From IMG/VR virus record IMGVR_UViG_3300035135_000697, positions 1 through 28,355 of that record: a stretch of 28,355 bases of DNA; one strand, 5' to 3'. How positions within the stretch are numbered: position 1 is the first letter of the stretch; each line of letters begins with the position of its first letter. Below, piece after piece: positions 24,728-28,355 of the stretch. This stretch comes from a virus. Taxonomy: Duplodnaviria > Caudoviricetes. Position numbers and translations under genes: made by a program. Below the pieces are notes generated by a model. The model had not been told where the DNA came from, made no database searches, and saw only the letters and a list, made by a program, of their open reading frames with translations.

Positions 24728-25895
24728 ACTTACCGACGAAAAAAAGAAGACCTCTGTAGAGGCAATGACTGTCTTCAATACAGACGCTGTAGATATTAAA
24801 AAACAACCTATGTTCTTCGGTGCCCCCTTGGGGGTACAGAGATATGACTCATATAAGTATCCAGTATTTGACAGACTGACCCAGAGTCAGTTAGGATACT
24901 TCTGGAGACCCGAAGAGGTGTCTCTGCAGAAGGATCGTTCTGACTACCATACACTTCGTCCTGAGCAGAAACATATCTTCACTAGTAACCTGAAGTATCA
25001 GGTTATGCTAGACTCTATCCAAGGTCGGGGACCAGGACTGTCTTTCACTCCTTACTGTTCCCTTCCTGAACTGGAAGCATGTATGAATGTGTGGCAGTTT
25101 ATGGAGATGATCCATAGTCGCTCGTATACATATATCATTAAAAATGTTTACAGTGATCCCTCAGAAGTCTTTGATACTATTATTGAGGACCAAAGAATTC
25201 TTGAGAGAGCAAGCGCCATTACTCAGGCATATGATGATTTCATCAATGCCGCACAAATGTATGGATCCAGCAACGATTGGATTCATGCACAAGAGGGCGC
25301 AGGGTATTTCAAAGAGAGCAGGTATGAACTCAAAAGAAAACTCTATCGTGCTGTCGCGAATGTCAACATCCTGGAAGGAATTAGATTCTATGTCTCCTTC
25401 GCGTGCTCGTTTGCTTTTGGCGAACTTAAGCTTATGGAAGGATCAGCAAAGATCATCAGCCTTATCGCCAGGGACGAGAATCAACATCTCGTAATCACTC
25501 AGAATATTCTCAACAACTGGGCAGCAGGAGATGATCCTGACATGCTGAAGATTGCTAAGGAAGAGGAAGAGTGGTTGTATCAGACATTTGATCAGGCAGT
25601 TCAGCAAGAGAAGCAGTGGGCAGAGTATCTGTTCAAAGATGGATCTATGATCGGTCTGAATGAAAAACTACTGTGCCAGTATGTTGAGTGGATCGCTAAT
25701 CGTCGTATGAAAGCGATTGGTCTTAAACCAGTTTATGATATCCCTGCAAAGAATAACCCACTACCTTGGACACAACACTGGATTTCTTCTAAGGGTCTGC
25801 AAGTTGCTCCCCAGGAGACTGAGGTTGAGTCCTACATTGTTGGTGGTATTAAGCAGGATGTAAAGAAAGACACTTTTGCAGGATTTGAATTATGA
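24711..25895 (+). CDS. nrdB: Class Ia ribonucleotide reductase beta subunit
   Basis: FWRPEEV, LDSIQGR, EMIHSRSY, LEGIRFYVSF, RDENQH, APQETE. Confidence 0.98.
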   Translation: MPVQFKLTDEKKKTSVEAMTVFNTDAVDIKKQPMFFGAPLGVQRYDSYKYPVFDRLTQSQLGYFWRPEEVSLQKDRSDYHTLRPEQKHIFTSNLKYQVMLDSIQGRGPGLSFTPYCSLPELEACMNVWQFMEMIHSRSYTYIIKNVYSDPSEVFDTIIEDQRILERASAITQAYDDFINAAQMYGSSNDWIHAQEGAGYFKESRYELKRKLYRAVANVNILEGIRFYVSFACSFAFGELKLMEGSAKIISLIARDENQHLVITQNILNNWAAGDDPDMLKIAKEEEEWLYQTFDQAVQQEKQWAEYLFKDGSMIGLNEKLLCQYVEWIANRRMKAIGLKPVYDIPAKNNPLPWTQHWISSKGLQVAPQETEVESYIVGGIKQDVKKDTFAGFEL

Positions 25896-26143
25896 TTTCT
25901 ACTGAAGAGAAAACCACTTTCACTATCCCTGAGGGGGTAGAACTTATTGATGATGCATTTTATGTGACCGAGACTCGCTTCATGTGGAAGAGTGTTCTCA
26001 AAGATGGTAAAGATTTTCTTTTCGGTTTAGATAGAGAAACTGTACTAGAGATGTCTCGCTGGCATCTCAAATGTCTTCAGGAGGGAACTCTTGATGACTA
26101 CACTAGAGTCGTTAACGATGGCAAAGTAGGTGGCAAACTCTGA
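25892..26143 (+). CDS. Hypothetical protein
   Basis: ATGA overlap with nrdB; 83 aa. Confidence 0.7.
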   Translation: MISTEEKTTFTIPEGVELIDDAFYVTETRFMWKSVLKDGKDFLFGLDRETVLEMSRWHLKCLQEGTLDDYTRVVNDGKVGGKL

Positions 26144-26285
26144 ATTACCTGAGTGGAAGAAGAGGGCACTTCAAGATCCTAGTCTTCCCCAGAGACAATT
26201 AGATGTATTGATGCACGGTCCAAAGTCATTGACTGATGCTTGGTTCTTAGCTGCTATGAAATTTAAGTATGATAGACCTTATTGA
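26130..26285 (+). CDS. 51-aa hypothetical protein (not in ORF track)
   Basis: GTG start; (M)ANSELPEWKKRALQDPSLPQRQLDVLMHGPKSLTDAWFLAAMKFKYDRPY; fills the gap, overlapping both neighbours. Confidence 0.6.
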   Translation: MANSELPEWKKRALQDPSLPQRQLDVLMHGPKSLTDAWFLAAMKFKYDRPY

Positions 26286-26859
26286 CGAGGAAAAAGTTTT
26301 TAGACCTGGTAGCAACAGGAAAGAAAGCACAGCACAATTTCATAAGACCACTGTTCTTATTGTAGATAACTTCTACGAAAATCCAGAACTGGTTAGAGAT
26401 CTTGCGTTAAAAATTCCTCCAACATATCATACTCATAGGGGTGCATACCCAGGATCTATGGTCAATGCATCCTACGATATGAGGCAACTTGCTCCAGTTT
26501 ATTGGGACTATATCGAAAGATACTTTCCTCATAAACTCTCTAAGGATTATGTGGACTGGAACATAGACAATGCTACATTCATGGTCAATGTAATGCAGAG
26601 TCCTGGTAACGAAGAGTTATATCCACACATTGATAATCCTTCTGGTGATAATTTTGCCAGTACAATCTATCTCAACACTCCTGAAGAGTGTTCTGGGGGA
26701 ACTGGTTTCTATGATTACGATGAATATTATACTGGAATGGTAGATATGAAGTTCAATAGAATGATTTTGTATCTACAGAATGTTCATCACACTGCTATTA
26801 TGAGGAAGGGATCATTTACTGGAGACCTATACAGACTTAATCAGCAGTTCTTCATCTAA
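26269..26859 (+). CDS. DUF6445-like / 2OG-Fe(II) oxygenase-fold protein
   Basis: VLIVDNFYENP, YPG, PHID, IYLN, GGTGFY, FNRMILY...HH, RLNQ. Confidence 0.75.
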   Translation: MIDLIDEEKVFRPGSNRKESTAQFHKTTVLIVDNFYENPELVRDLALKIPPTYHTHRGAYPGSMVNASYDMRQLAPVYWDYIERYFPHKLSKDYVDWNIDNATFMVNVMQSPGNEELYPHIDNPSGDNFASTIYLNTPEECSGGTGFYDYDEYYTGMVDMKFNRMILYLQNVHHTAIMRKGSFTGDLYRLNQQFFI

Positions 26860-26879
26860 ATAAAGTATATCGTCGCCGC

Positions 26880-26916
26880 AGAGGGTCCTGGTCACAGTCA
26901 GGTAACCCTCTTTTTT
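26880..26916 (+). terminator. Long bulged terminator hairpin (possibly the 3' end of a small RNA)
   Basis: AGAGGGT/ACCCTCT plus CCTG/CAGG stems followed by a T run. Confidence 0.75.
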
Positions 26917-26922
26917 CTTGCT

Positions 26923-26930
26923 TATAAATA
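26923..26930 (+). promoter_or_regulatory. T4-type late promoter TATAAATA
   Basis: Exact consensus 26 nt upstream of ATG 26957. Confidence 0.8.
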
Positions 26931-26956
26931 CTTTTACTGGAATCTGACACAGAAAG

Positions 26957-28355
26957 ATGCTGCCTTCTGATATTTCTAAAATGGCACAGACCTTCAGCGA
27001 CATTGCTGAGGGTAAGCAAAAGGACGATTCGTATCTAGAGACAGATATGAAGAAGCGTCGTAAGAATAATGAAAAGGCTGTCGAAGACATGAAGAAAGTG
27101 AAGGACGATACTGTCCCTCGCTGGATGAGAGAGAAATTGGAACTTGTAATTAGCGAGTCCTTCTACTTCAAGAGACTCATGGTCTTGGATGAGGATCTGG
27201 CAGAAGCATATCTTGTAATCGCAGCAGAATGTGTTCTCAGAGGATATGAAAGTCCCAGACTTATCGATAACATCGCTGAGGCAATCGATAAAGATATTGT
27301 AGGTCACGATTTCCGTTCTGGATTATTTGCAGTCAATCCTAGACTTCATGAGAGTCGTGACGCAGCAGAGAAGCGTCAGGCAAGAGCTATCATTAATGAG
27401 GTAACACCTGCTCCTAAAACGAACAAGGAGACCGATCTTGCTTATAGATCTGGTAGAGCACTTACCAACATGGGTCGCGACCTTGTACAAGGTGTGGGTC
27501 AAAGTTTTTCAAATATGTTTCGGGGCAAGCGTGACACTCCTGAGAACAATCCTGCTGCTTATAGACAGCAGCGAAGACTCAATAACATTGGTAACTTCCT
27601 GAGAACAGGTCAAGTTCCTACCAATAACAGTTCTACAACTCGTGCATCTACTCCTGCTGCACAGCAACAGATTGATAAGAACTCCAAAGAACGCGCTACT
27701 AATAAAGATTACTTTGGTACTGGTGCAGGTAATCCAACAGCACCACCTGCTAAACCAGCACCACCTGCTGCAGCACCAGCAGCACCTGCAGCACCTGCAG
27801 CACCAGCAGCACCTGCAAGACCAGCGGCACCTGCTTCACCAGCACCTACTGCTGTATCGAGACCTGCAGCACCTAAAAAACCTAGCATCGATAGTTTAGT
27901 TAATAAAGAGTATGATCGATTAAGAAATCAACCTGGTGGAACGAAAGCAGGTGGTGCTGCAGAGAAGTTCGGTAAGGCTGTTTCCGCTGCAAAGTTTGGT
28001 AAGAACTTTGCAAAACCAAAGACTCCAAATCCTTTGATGTCTAAGACTTTCGATTCTTACGAACCAGAAGGCGAGACCATTGAAGAGAAGAAGAAAGGTC
28101 TCTGGGATAACATTCATGCTAAGCGTAAGCGTGGTGAGAAACCTGCCAAACCTGGTGATAAGGACTATCCCAAGACTCTCGATGTTGAGTCGGTAAGTTT
28201 CTATGACTGTGTTGTTGGATATCTCATCGAGAATGAGATGATCCAGACTGAGGATCAGGCACTGGTCATCATGGAAGAACTGACTGGCGAAGAGATCGCT
28301 TTCATTGTCGAAGCATATACCACTAAGCATGGTAAGAAGGCAATGGATTGGAATC
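26957..28355 (+). CDS. Large late modular protein (probable internal virion protein), runs off window; not in ORF track
   Basis: Hand translation is open for about 466 codons: MLPSDISKMAQTFSDIAEGKQKDDSYLETDMKKRR...PAAPAAP...SYEPEGETIEEKKKGLWDNIHAKRKRGEKPAKPGDKDYP... Confidence 0.88.
   Translation, partial: MLPSDISKMAQTFSDIAEGKQKDDSYLETDMKKRRKNNEKAVEDMKKVKDDTVPRWMREKLELVISESFYFKRLMVLDEDLAEAYLVIAAECVLRGYESPRLIDNIAEAIDKDIVGHDFRSGLFAVNPRLHESRDAAEKRQARAIINEVTPAPKTNKETDLAYRSGRALTNMGRDLVQGVGQSFSNMFRGKRDTPENNPAAYRQQRRLNNIGNFLRTGQVPTNNSSTTRASTPAAQQQIDKNSKERATNKDYFGTGAGNPTAPPAKPAPPAAAPAAPAAPAAPAAPARPAAPASPAPTAVSRPAAPKKPSIDSLVNKEYDRLRNQPGGTKAGGAAEKFGKAVSAAKFGKNFAKPKTPNPLMSKTFDSYEPEGETIEEKKKGLWDNIHAKRKRGEKPAKPGDKDYPKTLDVESVSFYDCVVGYLIENEMIQTEDQALVIMEELTGEEIAFIVEAYTTKHGKKAMDWN
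27740..27874 (+). repeat. Imperfect 9-bp tandem repeat (GCAGCACCW) encoding an Ala-Ala-Pro linker
   Basis: gcagcaccagcagcacctgcagcacctgcagcaccagcagcacct core inside the 26957 ORF. Confidence 0.85.

Noticed and set aside
7823-25895. Introns, inteins or homing endonucleases in gp43, gp41, nrdA or nrdB
   Set aside because: All are continuous and of ordinary length, with no intein or endonuclease motifs seen.
27642-27899. Gln/His-rich 85-aa ORF and CRISPR-like appearance of the repeat
   Set aside because: It is an off-frame reading of the Ala-Pro repeat in the 26957 ORF; the repeats are contiguous 9-mers with no spacers.
369-28330. Numerous minus-strand and alternate-frame ORFs of 60-195 aa
   Set aside because: All lie over well-supported + strand genes and show no motifs; typical shadow ORFs from codon bias.
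1-28355. Apparent abundance of GATC sites alongside dam
   Set aside because: Impression only; it needs an observed/expected count that I cannot run, and Dam specificity is not established from sequence alone.

Overview
A 28.4 kb slice of a T4-like marine cyanomyovirus (Synechococcus/Prochlorococcus-type), with every credible gene on the + strand. It holds the core replication and nucleotide-metabolism module (cobS-like ATPase, gp45, gp44, gp62, regA, hsp20, gp43, uvsX, gp41, mazG, gp61, nrdA, nrdB). Interleaved accessory genes are speD, dam, a DenV-like glycosylase, an arginase-like metallohydrolase and five predicted 2OG-Fe(II)-oxygenase-fold genes. Two late-promoter (TATAAATA) blocks encode probable virion/internal-head proteins. 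Main unannotated signals: (1) a dnaX-style -1 programmed frameshift (SD-like AGGA, A_AAA_AAG, stop, 7-bp hairpin) at 18761-18806 that would extend a 325-aa late protein to about 455 aa; (2) several late proteins that look like capsid-packaged, prohead-protease-processed modular polyproteins, including a nucleotidyltransferase with a T4-like capsid-targeting leader; (3) a ROSE-like RNA thermometer in front of hsp20; (4) two candidate late small RNAs sharing TCGTCGCC; (5) late promoters placed to initiate inside terminator stems. Family calls rest on motif recognition and gene order only; no database search was run.
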